In this document: piece by piece, positions 28,746-44,770 of the stretch
Position numbering within the stretch: position 1 is the stretch's first letter
How the letters are laid out: every line of letters starts with the position of its first letter
NCBI RefSeq assembly: GCF_009914755.1
Contig: NC_060935.1
From: the human T2T-CHM13v2.0 reference genome, Homo sapiens
Length of the DNA stretch: 64,000 nucleotides
Reading direction: 5' to 3' (one strand)
Made by a program: the position numbers and the translations under genes
Notes under the pieces: model-generated
The model's input: only the letters and a program-made list of their open reading frames with translations
The model's database searches: none
What the model was told of the DNA's origin: nothing

Positions 28746-29026
28746 CAGTGAGTTGGTTATTATTAATATGTCAATAGCACCTGATCACAATAGAAAAGAC
28801 TTGCCAAACTGAAAAGTAAAATGGGTTTATTTATATATTATTTTTCTGATACAGCCTCATTAAGAGATCAGGGAGCTTTACTTAACACAAATTGCCAGCA
28901 AGTTAAAGTTAAGAAGAATAAGTACTAAGAATCTCAGGATTATCTTTCAAAATGCTAATCATCATAGAAATATCACAATGTAAGTGAAAGAGAAAATTTT
29001 CTTCCAGGGCACTCAGGTCTGGTTAC

Positions 29027-29165
29027 TTGCTTATCATGGGGGAAGAGAGAAAGGCAGTAGTTCAAGTGGTCCTTCGAATTCATTCCCAGTAAACGTCAGG
29101 CACCAGAGAGAAAAGTAGAAATAGGACACAGCTGTAGGGTGTCTTCAAGACATAAGAATAAGATC
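29027..29165 (-). pseudogene. Putative exon, IPT/TIG start
   Basis: Acceptor ttgttgtttag|, donor CAA|gtaacc; LQLCPISTFLSGA / (frameshift) LTFTGNEFEG matches the IPT consensus PxSGPxxGGTxLTIxGxNF. Confidence 0.55.
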
Positions 29166-30498
29166 CTAAACAACAATCAGCAAGGAATGGTGAATTATTA
29201 CAATATGTGTTTTGCCTAGAGTCCTAAATAGAAATTCTAACCAGAATTCCATATATCATGGTAATAAATCTCAGAAAACATAATTTTTGTAAAAACATCA
29301 TGACAAAAGACATCTCAAAAGTTTTTAGTGACCTTACAAACATTATTAAAATAAACTTCCCTGACATTTAAGTTCAATTTTCCTAAATATAGCATTTTAA
29401 AGGTATTGTACCTTCAAACATTAGTTTCTTCAAACATTTTTGTTACTCCTTTAGTTTTTTATGTATTTATTTTTATTCTTTAGTTTTTTGCAAACACATG
29501 AAATGGAGAGGATAAGTTACTTCTTAATGTGGTAGCATTTTGTCACACTTTATATACTGCTAGAAATTGCTAAAATCTATCCCCAGCTTTTGTGAAAGAC
29601 CACTTTTCTCATAATGCCATGACTAGGACAAGAAAGTGAAATTTTTGTTAAAATTATCATTAAGATCTATGAATAGCTGGCAAGAGAGACTGTGTAACAG
29701 AGATGCAGAGTTTGCAGTCTATACTTTAGTATCCTCATCCATAAAACAGGAATAATGTAGCATATGTTTACAAATCAAAGGCTATTCTAGGCCCTGTAAA
29801 TAATTTTATTTACAGAATTAATCTATTAGGTAAATAATATTACCACCCCCATTCTGTAGATGAGAAAATTGATATAGAAAAAAGACAAGTCACATGCTTA
29901 GTAAGTAGCAGAGCCAGAATTCAAACCCAGGATTCTTAAACCTGCCTTCTTAGCCACAGTGCTATATTTTGGAGTATTACAAAGGAAATTATCAAAAGAC
30001 ATACTGTATACAGAGATATATAAACCTTTCAAAACATCAAAGAATTTAAAACAACTCTAAAATTAGGCATTTCAAATGATAACATTCTCCAATCTATGAC
30101 AAATTTCCAATAGAAATCGACATTGTTTTTCGTAACTCTGTAATATTCTCTTGTGTTTTGAAAGAAGCTGAGATGGAAATCAGTACTGGCATAAGGATTT
30201 GTGACAAGATCAATGTGTAATTATGTCTTTGGTATAAAACTCTCCTGGGGAAAACTACTTTTAAATCTTCCTAAGAGACTTAGCTCAAGCTTATGGGTGA
30301 TTGGTGATCAGTCACATTAGGAAGAGAAAGGAAGTAGTGACAAGACACAGCACACCACAGAAGCATCTTTCTGAGGAATGCCCTATTTCAGCCAATGTGG
30401 CAGGAAGTCTCAGGTCAAAAGGAGAATCAGATCATTTTTTTTCCATTTTGCTAGTGATTAAACCAGTTGAGCATAAGCTTGTAAGAAGACTCAATCTC

Positions 30499-33496
<2,998 letters not shown>

Positions 33497-34289
33497 AAGA
33501 AGACTCAATCTCGCTGAAGAATGTTTATATATTTTGTGTGTGTGTTTCAAGCTAAGAATGGATGGCATGCTGAAGATGATCTTATCAGTCATCCAATCTC
33601 TATCGGCATAACTATCTTCTACTTCAGAGGACAACAGCCTGAAAAATATAAATAGGAATCTGTTTCATTTTCAATTAGGAGTATAAATGAATACAGGAAT
33701 TGAAAGCACACATGGCAATAAATGAAAATAATAGTTGGCTCAGGGGCCCCACCACATTCCTCACCATTCACAGTGATAATTTATAATGTAAATAGTGCCG
33801 TTCAGAATCGTAAAACATGGCAGCAGTGCTGGGCACTGTTCTCATCACTTATTATGTGTCAACTCTTTTAATTCTCAAATGATTCTATGAAGAAGAGAAT
33901 ACTGTGTACCCATTTTACGAACTTTAATAGGTCAAAGTCCTACTTTACACAATAAGCAGGGGAGCCATATTTCAAAGCAAGGCTTTCTGACCCTAGAACT
34001 TACTTGTAAACATCACTCTCTGCTGCCTCTAAGAAAAAAAATAAGGGAAACAGGGTCTAACTAGTAACAACCACACTTAACAGTATAGTCCAAGATGGAC
34101 TAAAAAATAATACACGAGATATAGGCAAAAGTTTCCTCATTTCTCAGGTCAAAACGGTTCCACTTAGATTGTGGGTTTGTTTATATTTTATGTTCTAATA
34201 ATATGAACCTATTAATATGAATCTCATTCCTAAGAAAAGTAATAATTAGATAAGTATATTTTAATATGACTAGAGTTTAAGCTATGCCC

Positions 34290-34421
34290 ATCTTATTGAA
34301 AAATGCTGTTTTTTGTCTCTCTCAGACACAAGCAGTTCCAGCTGGTGTTTTTGTCGTTCCCTAACCCAGTCTTAAAGCAAGGCCCACTGAAGCTCCCACT
34401 GTCCAGAAAGAGTCCATAACC
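34290..34421 (-). pseudogene. Putative exon continuing IPT
   Basis: Acceptor cattgtttttag|; phase-0 join gives ...QLK|GYGLFLDSGSFSGPCFK..., open for about 42 codons; 3' end uncertain. Confidence 0.45.
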
Positions 34422-34677
34422 CTAAAAACAATGAGCTACTAGATTTTATTAAAGAGAGAGTGTATGGGGAGAGAAAGAAGCATTTGGCACAGAACATCAT
34501 GTAACACAATGTCTTAAATATTCCATTTTTCTCTTCTCCCAAGTGTCTCTGGACTCAAAATTGAATTATTCCTTCTTCACCTACCCCTGTGAGCAACCCC
34601 AAACAGTCCTAAACCAGCTTTCCAGGAAGTAGAATTTTTCTCCAATATTAATCTCTCACTAAATTCTTACCTAGTGT

Positions 34678-34787
34678 ATTTTATTTTATTTTATTTTATT
34701 TTATTTTATTTTATTTTATTGTTATTATTATACTTTAAGTTTTAGGATACATGTGCACAACGTGCAGGTTTGTTACATATGTATACA
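34678..34787 (-). mobile_element. Extremely 5'-truncated L1PA 3' end with (TTTTA)n tail
   Basis: ttatactttaagttttaggatacatgtgcacaacgtgcagg; degenerate TSD tc(t/c)taccta. Confidence 0.85.
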
Positions 34788-35290
34788 CTCCTACCTATTA
34801 TTGCATCTGTGTGTAAATGTGGTTAAGAAATTCCAATGAACAGGTAAAGACAGCAATCACACTAGAGTGTTTTGAGTAATTAACAGGAAGATGAAGAATA
34901 AGAGGAAATGACGAAAATGTAATATTAGAAAACAACACTGAATAAAGAAAACTTTTTACCCATGAAACAACCACGGAACTTAAACCAAAGCATCAACGAA
35001 AGTGTTAAATTTGGCTTAGTTAAGAGATAAAACATTTCAAAGACGAAAGAATTAGGGTTGTTTTTGTTTTAATCAGTAAAGCAAATCTATTGATTCATTA
35101 GATGTCTATTAGGTATCTAGCTCAGGCTTATATTATGAACAATTACTGCCACTCCCAACTCCAACCAGCACACGCACACACACGCACACACACACGCCAA
35201 TACACCAATATATCAAGTGCATGAATCTGTCACATAATAATACAAATAGAATAATTAAATCACTACTAGTTTATGGCAGAACAACAGTAC

Positions 35291-35425
35291 TTTCAACTGC
35301 TGGTTGGCTAAGAACAGATTTTTCCCTTGGAGAAAAATGATATTGCTTCCAGATGGAACAGAGATGTGGCCAAAAGAGTTGTCTCTCTTCCTTGGTATTA
35401 TCCACAGTCTTGAAAATAGCTACAT
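35291..35425 (-). pseudogene. Putative exon, plexin-type IPT start
   Basis: HISVPSGSNIIFLQGKNLFLANQQLK, then donor AAA|gtactg; resembles the plexin-A pattern YVPVG...ITL..RNL. Confidence 0.55.
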
Positions 35426-35769
35426 CTACAATTTATGACACAGAGTAGAGGCACAACAATTTCTATTCACTTCAAATAAAAAATATCAGAGTTTTGTCCT
35501 TTCAGGCTTAGACTCAGGAAATATTCATTAGAAAGAAAAATATTTGAGAGTTTGAGAAAGAAAAAAATTGAGACTCATCAGTTAGAAAATTGTCCTGAAA
35601 TAATATTTGTCTCCTCCTTGCATCATAGGGAGTCTAATTGAAATTAATGGGTTACAATAATTTAAGTCATTCATTCAGAAATTTTCACTGAGCACCAATT
35701 ATGCACAATGCACCACAAAGCAGGTAAGTGAATAGAGGATGTAATTTGACACCACGCATTGTTATGACA

Positions 35770-35945
35770 GAGAGAGGCAAACTACTGCCTGTTTTTATAA
35801 GTAAGGCTTGGAACATAACCATGCCTATTTGTTTATGTTTTATCTATGACTGCTTTTGTGCCTCAAGAGTAGGTTTAAATTATTGTGACAGAGATCATAT
35901 GCCAAGAATGCTAAAAAAATGTACTATCTGGCCCTTTATTGGAAA
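35770..35945. mobile_element. MER58-like hAT fragment
   Basis: ggcaaactactgcctgttttt...tactatctggcccttta. Confidence 0.65.
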
Positions 35946-36487
35946 TGGAACAAAATATTTCAATGTTTGTTTTCTATGTGCTTCTTTGGAATATATTTTG
36001 AAAGTAGAGCAAGAAGGACTCAGTGAAGAATTGGATGAGGCAGATGAAGAAAAAAGAAAAATCAAGAGTGGTTCAAATTTTTGACTTAAGCCATTAGGTG
36101 GAGCACGGTACGATTTAATGAGACAGGGAAAATTGGAGGGAAAGTAAAATTTCTTGTGCGAGGAAGAGGGGATGATATAAATCAATAGTTTTGTTTTCAG
36201 ATATCATGGTCTATAGAGAGTAGTATTTATTCATAGTACTGTATGATATTCTACCATATGAATAGATCACTATTTGTTTATATATATTCTACTATTGATA
36301 GCAATTTTAACTTTTTTGGTTTTGTGGTTATGATAAATAATGCTTCCATACATTACTTTTCATGTCTTTCCATGAACACGGTATATATGCTTCTGCAGGT
36401 ACGGTCATTCCCAGAAATGGAATTACATTGCCATAGGGTGTACCTATCTTTAATGTATTAGACAAAGCTAAATTCTTTTTCAAAAGA

Positions 36488-36768
36488 GCTGGGCATGCTG
36501 GCCCATGCCTGTAATCCCAGCATTTTGGGAGGCTGAAGTGGGTGGATCACTTAAGGTCAGGAGTTTGAGACCAGCTTAGCCAATATGTGAAAACCCCATC
36601 TCTACTAAAAATACAAAATTAGCCGGGCATGGTGATGGGTGCCTGTAATCCCAGCTACTCAGGAGGCTGAGTCAGGGGAATCACTTGAACCTGAGATGCA
36701 GAGGTTGCAGTGAGCTGAGATCGCACCACTGCCCTCCAGCCTGGGTGACAGAGCAAGACTCCGTCTCA

Positions 36769-36810
<42 letters not shown>
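36488..36810 (+). mobile_element. AluS with (AAT)n tail, inserted into old antisense L1M (about 36220-36960)
   Basis: Alu dimer; flanks resemble L1M 3' region antisense. Confidence 0.9.
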
Positions 36811-36811
<1 letters not shown>

Positions 36812-37644
36812 TAATCATACCACCAAAAGTATATGAGAGTCCCTTTGCTCACATACTAATCAATGCTTGGTATTATTTTTCATTATAATTGTAGCCATTT
36901 TGATGATTAAGAAGTAGTATTTAATTGTGGTATAATCTGAATTTTCCTATGCTTTTTACAAGCTTGTAGTAGACAGAGAAAGAAATTGAGTAAGAGGGAG
37001 ATGTACTTTTAGAGTCAAAATCATGATGCAATGCTTATAGCAGAAAGATAATGGATAGCAAGAGGCTGAAGCTGAAAGAAAAAAAAAAGATTGGATGGAA
37101 CAAAGGCTTCAGGAGATAAGAGAAGAAGTCTCAAATTGAAGGAAAAGGATTATCCTAGAGCAAGAAAACATCCTAAGATGGGAGTGAAGATGGTCAAGGC
37201 AGGGAATAGAAGCAAAGACAGGGAGGGGCAACATAAAATTGCAGGATTTCCTGACTTGAGTTTTCTGTTTTATTTTTAGGAATTATTAAACTGCCTGCTC
37301 AGAGTCAGTATTGAGGTAGATAATAGATATAATTGAAATAAAATAGCTACTATAAGAAACTGGAGAGAGAGCTCAGTACCGTTTTATATCCAGGACATAA
37401 TATGCACCTAAACAATTTGAATATATTTATAATAGAACTTATGAAACAAAACTTAAACTGTTAATATGTCTACATATTTCTCCCACTATACTGTAAATTC
37501 CTTTAAGGCCGAAGCTATATTTCCCTTTGTATAACCAGGTTCTATTAACAGTTCTGCTATCCAGTAGTTATCTAATACATTTTTTGAAAGAAAAAATGTT
37601 TATAAAATATAGAAAGTTCTATATTAAATCTCTTCTTTAATTAG

Positions 37645-37829
37645 CCTTGACATCCCTGGACATTTCCCAAGAAGGGATAAGGAAATGCTACCAAGAATGC
37701 ACTTGCTTGAGATACTAAAGAGATTCCTTTGACTTGAGTGAAATCTGGGCACCCAGGCATTGGAGCTGAACTAAATCAAAAGAGGACATTGTTCTTCAAA
37801 TTGCCATCAAAGGTAATGCAGGGACTGTT
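37645..37829 (-). pseudogene. Possible exon
   Basis: Acceptor cttctctcatttaactgtag|; NSPCITFDGNLKNNVLF*FSSAPMPGCPDF... with one stop; donor uncertain. Confidence 0.3.
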
Positions 37830-38129
37830 CTACAGTTAAATGAGAGAAGAGGACATGATAGGTAGTTGAGAGGATTCATCCATGAACATTTATAAATGCC
37901 GTCTGGGTACATTCAGACTTATTTTGTGGAACTAGCAGAAATGGATTTTACAGATTAGATAAGAGAAGGCCCCGAAAATCCTTTTTTAAAAAACGTACAT
38001 ATTATCAACTTATTTTTTACTTTCAGGCTCATTTTTTGACACTTTTCAAGTTGCATAAATTATGAAAGGGCTCCTGAAGAAGAAAACTAGCATGTACATG
38101 CTAAGCACTTTACAGAACTCATTGTAGAC

Positions 38130-38885
38130 TTTCTGCTTTCTCTTCAACTCTATATGCCATCCATCAGAAAACAGTGTAAGCTCTAATTAAAATATAATCA
38201 GAATTTAACCATGTGCCACAGTGTCTTCCATTCCAAGACATCATCTGGTTTCCGGATTAACGCAACAGCCTCTGCTCTTTCCTGGCTTTGACTCTTGTCC
38301 TTCTACAGTCTATTCATGATAGAGTAGCCAGAGTAATCCTTTAATATTTAAGTCTGATTAGGTCCCCTTCCCTAATCATAACCCTCTAATGCCTTCTAAT
38401 TGCACTTGAAATAAAATCCATGACCCTTGTAATGGTATATGACACTCAAAAGATGCATCCCCTCTTCCTTCTTTTGTCCCTTCTCCACTTGTCACTATAT
38501 TCTGTCCTACTGGCTTCCTAGCTTGGAGTCCTTCAGGTTCCAAACCCAGGGCCCTCACTCTGCTTGAACTTCTCTTTTCTCACATGTTATTCTTATTTCT
38601 CTTTCTTCACAATGCAGGTGACTGCTTCAATGTCATTTCCCAGAGATGCCCTCCCTGGCCACTCCGTCTTAAACAGCAATTCCTATCACTTTCTGGTCCA
38701 TTATTGGGCTTTATTTTTCTTTATAACACATCACTATCTAACATAATATTATAGAAAATCTGTTTATTTCTGTTTATCTCACTAAAATGTGAAGGCCATG
38801 AGGGCAGAGATTTTCCTTGTTTCTCTTTTTTTTCTAACGCCCTGTATGGCAGAGTAAGTATGTAAAATTATTCAATGGATGAATC
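38130..38885 (-). mobile_element. L2 fragment
   Basis: cagtctattc...agccagagtaatccttt...aataaaatcca; 3' ggatgaat end. Confidence 0.7.
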
Positions 38886-38949
38886 AATTGTTCTCATTTA
38901 ATCTTTACCCAAAGAAGTTCCAATTTTACTAGTAAAAGGAAACATGTTA

Positions 38950-39095
38950 GGCCAGGTGTTGTCCCTCACACCTGTAATCTCAGCACTTTGGGAGGCCAAA
39001 GCAGGAGGATCCCTTGAGCCCTTGAGTTCGAGATCAGCCTGTGTAACATAGTGAGACCCTGTCTCTGAAAAAAGAAAAAGAAAAGAAAACAAAAG
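38950..39095 (+). mobile_element. FLAM_C-like Alu monomer
   Basis: ggccaggtg...ggaggatcccttgagccc...gtgagaccctgtctct plus A tail. Confidence 0.85.
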
Positions 39096-40027
39096 AAAAG
39101 TAACAAGGGAAGGGAAGGGAAAAGAAACCATATCAGGAAGGTTGAATAACTTTTGAAGGTCACTAATTTGAAAGTTCAGTCTAATATTTAAACCTAAATA
39201 AATCTCTTTGATTATAAAACCAATAATTTTGAGATTTATTTCATAATAAATGTTCATTCAAGTGTCTATGTAGATACATTGTATGTCATCCAAATGAGTT
39301 TTTCTCTTTTGAAAAACCAATCTTATGGGTATTCAGTTGTGGTAACATGTTGAATGTAAAAATAACTCCCTGTGTTTAATTATAACTAATAACTGCATGT
39401 ATTCTATTTCAAAGTAGCTTCAACCTTGCTATAAAAATATACCCTCAGTCTAGTCTCCAGCTGGACCTTAACGATGCCACCAACATATTAATAATATTCT
39501 TTATAATTCCATAATTTCATTTATACATTTATACATCTCAAATCAACTCTATGCAAGGCACTGCACAATACTTGATGGGAGATACAGAAGTGAAGCAGAA
39601 CTAGTTTTCCCTAAAATCTCTTGATAAGAAAGATAAGGCAGGTGCATAAACATCTGTAGCACAAGATATGGTGTAATGAGACATTTTTGTACTTAGACTC
39701 CCTTGTATAGGAGCCCAGTTATTCTAACGTGTTTCTATGGCCTTCTCATTTACACCTCATTTATCAGAATGCACCATAAACCACATTATTTTACCTCATT
39801 TCAAGATCTTCTTCATTCAAAATAGGAGTGTATGACACAGGCTATATATATTACCTTCTAAAAATAGATCTTCATAATTAGACTAAACGCATTGTCTTTT
39901 TATGCCTTTTTCCCACCTCAAGGACTTCATAGCACTAATATACAGATATTTATATACTTGCCACAAATATTTCATATATAGGTAAGCATGGAGCAATATA
40001 ACTTCACAAGTTGTGTCTTCCACTTAC

Positions 40028-40194
40028 CTTTGAAAAATTATATACAGAACATCTTACAAAATGATTTTAAAGAGTCTAATTTTTCAAGAAATCTAAATTG
40101 ACAATACATTCTAATGATTAAATGACCCTTTTCTGCCTGCTGACAAGATATTGGAAGTGCAGTTAACTTGAACGCATCAATACATAAACAATAA
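40028..40194 (-). pseudogene. Putative exon
   Basis: Acceptor ttgtatatcttag|, consensus donor AAG|gtaagt; frame YCLCIDAFKLTALPISCQQAEKGHLIIRMYCQF... open except one late stop. Confidence 0.5.
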
Positions 40195-40549
40195 CTAAGA
40201 TATACAAATAACTTCAGTACAGTAGAATTGCTATGTTATTCTGTCCACAAACATCACAAGCAAATTTAATACCGGGTGTTCAAATAGCATTGACATAATA
40301 TTTTAATGTTTTATTTGTTTGAATTTAGAAATATAATTCATAGAAAAGCTTATATCACAGAGATTTACCTTCATTGTGACTTATAAATTCTCTTAAGAAA
40401 ATAAATTGTCCAAAATCAACAATGACTCATTTTCAAGCTAAGAGTTAGGTTCTAGGCTGCTGATTCTTATATTCTTGTATTCTATTTCAAATGGACACAG
40501 TGGCAGGAGTACGGGGCTTATAGCAGGAAGCCCCGTATGTGAGTCTTAC

Positions 40550-40745
40550 CAATTGGCAACTCCAATAGTTTATAGAACCAGAGCAAATAGACTGGCTTGA
40601 CAGAGTGGTAAGATAACATTTCCTTTGGTTAACATCAATGAAGCTTTCCAGCTCACGTTCAAAATCTAGAACACTTAGTTTGATAAAAATGTCACTAACG
40701 TAGACCATGGGAAAAAATCAGACTGAATCCATATAGTAATATTCC
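40550..40745 (-). pseudogene. Putative exon (IPT end / Cys-rich PSI-like)
   Basis: NITIWIQSDFFPWST... then, in another frame, CYLTTLSSQSICSGSINYWSCQL; donor TTG|gtaaga at 40550; acceptor appears degraded. Confidence 0.45.
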
Positions 40746-41468
40746 ATGACATTAAAAAAAATTACAGGAGCTTAGTTAGGAAACAACATATTTCTCTGGT
40801 TTGTATGTGTAAATGTCAGAAAATAGGTATTTAAGGGCTTCCACAGTTCAGGAAATTTCTCTGAGTAAATACAACATACAAGTCTGGACATACAATATTT
40901 CTAATATACAAGAAGTAGAAAGTTCCTAAGAATGGTGAATCATAATAACACAGAGAGAAATTCAACCAGAGAACCTTGTTTTATTGACTAGGAAGAAACA
41001 AAGCAAGGGTTACAATAAATGAATCACAGTCCGTATGTTCCCTCACCCTCTGTCATTTATTCAGCACAGAGAAACTACATTTATTCCACACATAGGACAT
41101 ATGTAGCCCCTCCCAAAGAAAAATATTCATTATATTAAGAAGATAAACATTTTACTATCTCTTTGGTTATTTGCAAGACCACCCTGCCAACATCAGAGTT
41201 AGCTTTTAAGAAAATCATGCAGAGCAACACAGAGCAGAAATAATATTTCTTTCTTTTCTTCCACTTCTCCATCCAATCCTTGCTCCACCTCATCTTTTAA
41301 GTAATCCTTGCTGTACATAACAATAAATTAAGAAATAAGCATGTGACTAAGGCATATATGTCCTAATGGCTGCTCATTAGCTATACAAAAAACTCACCTG
41401 AAGCATTGAAAATGAACGCTCAAAAATGGGTACAATTATAGGCTTTATGTTATATACATTTTACCACA

Positions 41469-41469
<1 letters not shown>

Positions 41470-41500
<31 letters not shown>
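41470..41500. repeat. (CA)n microsatellite
   Basis: Direct reading. Confidence 0.95.
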
Positions 41501-41504
<4 letters not shown>

Positions 41505-41869
41505 TACAAGGTGTTGTTGCAAGTTATCACTTTCCTTCCTACACTGAGGAAAAAGGGGGGAAGGGAGATGGTTTTTCTTAGCCTAGTAACATATCCTTCA
41601 TTTTTTGTGTTATTTATTTCTATTACAGAATAATCTCCCTTATGATTGACACATTCTTTCTTTAGATATGTTAATACCTTAATGCTTACAACAGTCTAGT
41701 TTAGCTGGCCTGGAAATCTTCCCTTTCAGAGGACGCTCAGAGGACATTATTATTCATGTTTTAAAGTTATTTAGGGATATTGCACCATTACTCCAATGCA
41801 TCACCTGCTTTTACATTAGAGCATATTTTTGGTAATTTAACTTCTTATATATAACTTTCTGACTGTATT

Positions 41870-42500
41870 CATTAAGAACATGGATTCCAGACCCAGATTT
41901 CCCAGGGTTGAATTCTAACATATTCACATATTAGCTGTGTGATCCTGGACGAAGATTTTGATCTTTCTGTTTCTCATTTTCACAGCTGCAACACAAAGAT
42001 AGTAACATCCTCCTGATAGTTTTGTCATGAGAATAAATTACTTAATACATGCAAAAAACTTGAAACAGTGTTTGGCACATCACATATTATTTATTGATTT
42101 TTGACAATGGCTGGACACTAAGAATACAATGGAAAAAACTAGAGATACAGTACTTCTCTCAATAGAATATATGAAGCTTATATTCTATTCAAAGGGACAG
42201 ACCTAAAACTCCAATCAGAAAGGCAAAGAAAATAACTGAATGTTACAATAGGGCTTATGAAGGGAAGAAGAAAAGGAGCTGTGATAGAGAGAGATAAAAG
42301 GAAATTTGTTAAGATAGAGTGGTCGGGGAAATCTTCCCTAAAGGGAAAATAATCTAAAAGGTAAAGGATTACTCCTGAGGAGGCTGGAGGGGAGAACATT
42401 CCTGAAAGGGAGTAACAGCACATACAAAGGGTGCGGGGTAGTGAAGAGCTTGGTGTTTGAGGAACTGAAAGAAGTCAAGGTGTTGGGAAAGGTAGAATGC
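41870..42500. mobile_element. MIR followed by L2 fragment
   Basis: ttagctgtgtgatcctggac...catgagaataaatt; then L2-like ggagaacattcc...tgtttgaggaactgaaag. Confidence 0.65.
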
Positions 42501-43038
42501 TCTGTTTGGTGTTAGTTCATAAAACCAGTCATCTGCAAGTATCAATGAAAAATTTCTTATGTTCATGAGCTGTGTAGCCCATGCCTGATACTCAGTAGTT
42601 TCTTATGCTGTTCTTTTTTTTTTCATATTTCAAGACAGAATTTAGCAAGTTCTCAAATGGAGGGAAAAATATACAATCATAGGCTTACAGAACAAAAAAA
42701 AAATTTTGAAAATTTACTGTTTTGACATGTATTCCAAAATAACCTAACATCCAAAGTTCCTAGTGACTCTACAGTTTTAGTCCTAACCCTGTATTTGCAT
42801 TTATAAAAGACTCTGAATCTGAATAAAAGTGGCAAGACTGCACATGTGACACCATAAATGGCACATAAAGCCAGATGTCAATGATCCTGTGTGAAAAGCA
42901 GAGGGAGAGAGTCTCAGATAGAGCCAGTGAAAGAAGAAAATAAAGAACAAAAGTACAAATGGTCTGAAACCATAGGCTGCCAAAACCATGCAGGTATGAA
43001 GAAACCTAATGATTTAAGAAAAGAAGAGAAAAACATAC

Positions 43039-43428
43039 ATTCCTGAAGGGCCAGAGAAGGTCATCTGTCCTGGATTTCCATCACCACATTATTCTTTGAT
43101 ATGAATGTTCCAGTTGTAACTCTAGCATATTTTCATGTGAGTAATGTAACCTGAAGTTTCTTGCAGAAGAAATTCTGACAGATGGAGCCAACTTCAATGC
43201 ATAAGGTAACCCCAAAAGCAACATCTGGTTGAGCACCAGAAGTTAGTAAACTCCGAAGTATCTCATAGGTGGATTGCTTATCTGATGAGGTCACAAGGAA
43301 AACACAAATGTATAGGAGGAAGCACAGCTGCAACAACCACAGGAACTGCTCTGATACAGTGTTTCTCATCCTTATGATCAGGCACAGGTTCTTGCCTTAA
43401 CATCACAGGCAGAAGTGTCAGCCACTTC
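43039..43428 (-). pseudogene. Putative first coding exon (signal peptide)
   Basis: Acceptor ttttattttag|G at 43428; ATG at 43369 giving MRNTVSEQFLWLLQLCFLLYICVFLVTS (hydrophobic signal-like). Frame continues through TGA into KYARVTTGTFISKNNVVMEIQD; donor T|gtatgt at 43039. Confidence 0.55.
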
Positions 43429-43589
43429 CTAAAATAAAAGCAATCAGCAATGCCAGAAACCAATTTTACAACAAACTTTCATTGAAGTGGAGAATGTTGA
43501 TAGTCAGATATTGATAGAGTGATAATTTTTGGGACATTATAGAAGAAGAAACCTGGCAAAGGGAGTATCCATCTTCAAATTCACAAATT

Positions 43590-44770
43590 CATTCTTTCAA
43601 CAGATCATTATCAACTGGCCTACTACATGCAAGTCATAACTGGGGATACAGCAGTGATATCCTCATGGTCCTTAGATGATTTCAGCCGATATTTTCAAGT
43701 GCCTTCTCTGTGTCAGATACCATGCTAGAGTCTCAGGACACACAGTTAAAACTCACAGTTGCTGCCTTTAAGGAACTCACAGTCTAGTTGGAAAGGCATG
43801 CAATTCAGGAAGTAAAGCATAAACAGTGCTACAATAAAGAATTGCACAGAGTGCTAGGGAGCCCTGTCTGGGGAAACGCATGTTAAGAAAATCTTTCAGG
43901 TCACATGAAGACTGAACTGAGTCTTCAATGATGAGGAAGACTGACCCAAGCTGAAACAAAAAGAAATTACGTTCCGAAAAAGCTAATTTACATGAATAAA
44001 GTCACGGAACTATGAAATATAGTAATAGCTAATATTTATTGCATTTTTACAATGTATATGTCAGGCATAAAATGAGTACTTTATAAATGAATAGGATAAT
44101 ATATTAAACTCATTTTTCAAATGAAGAAACTGAGGCTTAGGGAAATTAGGTCCCTTAAAGTAAACTTAAACACTTACTTAGTAAACTAGAGCTAGGATGT
44201 GGTTCTATACATGAAACTCCAGAGCTAGAGCTCTAGATCGCTGTGCTTGAATGTCTGGTATGTCTGCAGAGTATGTTTGAATTGGGAAATACAAGGGTAA
44301 AATTGGGCAGAAGCCAGATTTTGCAAAAACGTGTAGTACTTACTAAAGGCTTGGATTTAAATTTGAAGGTAAATCACCAATAAAATATTTTAAACAGAAA
44401 AGGATCACAATTAGATTAATGTTTAAATTTATTTTTACTTTAACTATAGTTTATAGAATAGATTTCAGGAGACAAAATCAAAGGCAGAGGGAACAAAGTA
44501 GGACACTAGAATAGTACAGAGAGAGATGGCGATGTCCTGAAATAGGGGAGTGACAGATGGGTAGGAGACAGATATGAGAAATGGGATGGGGCATTACTTT
44601 GAGGTGAAGGGTGAGAGAGAGAAGAAAAAAAGTGTCTACCCCAGATTGACTGGGAAAATGTGGCTGTCCTTACCCAAGATTTAAAGACGGGAGGTAGAGC
44701 AAGCTTTTCTGTTTTGCACAATTTGAGGTTGACACTCTCATGAGGCATTCAAGTGGAAATTTCTAGCAAT
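43590..44770. mobile_element. L2 fragments with nested MIR
   Basis: cagtctagttgg, gaagactgaactgagtctt, gaaactgaggcttag. Confidence 0.6.
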
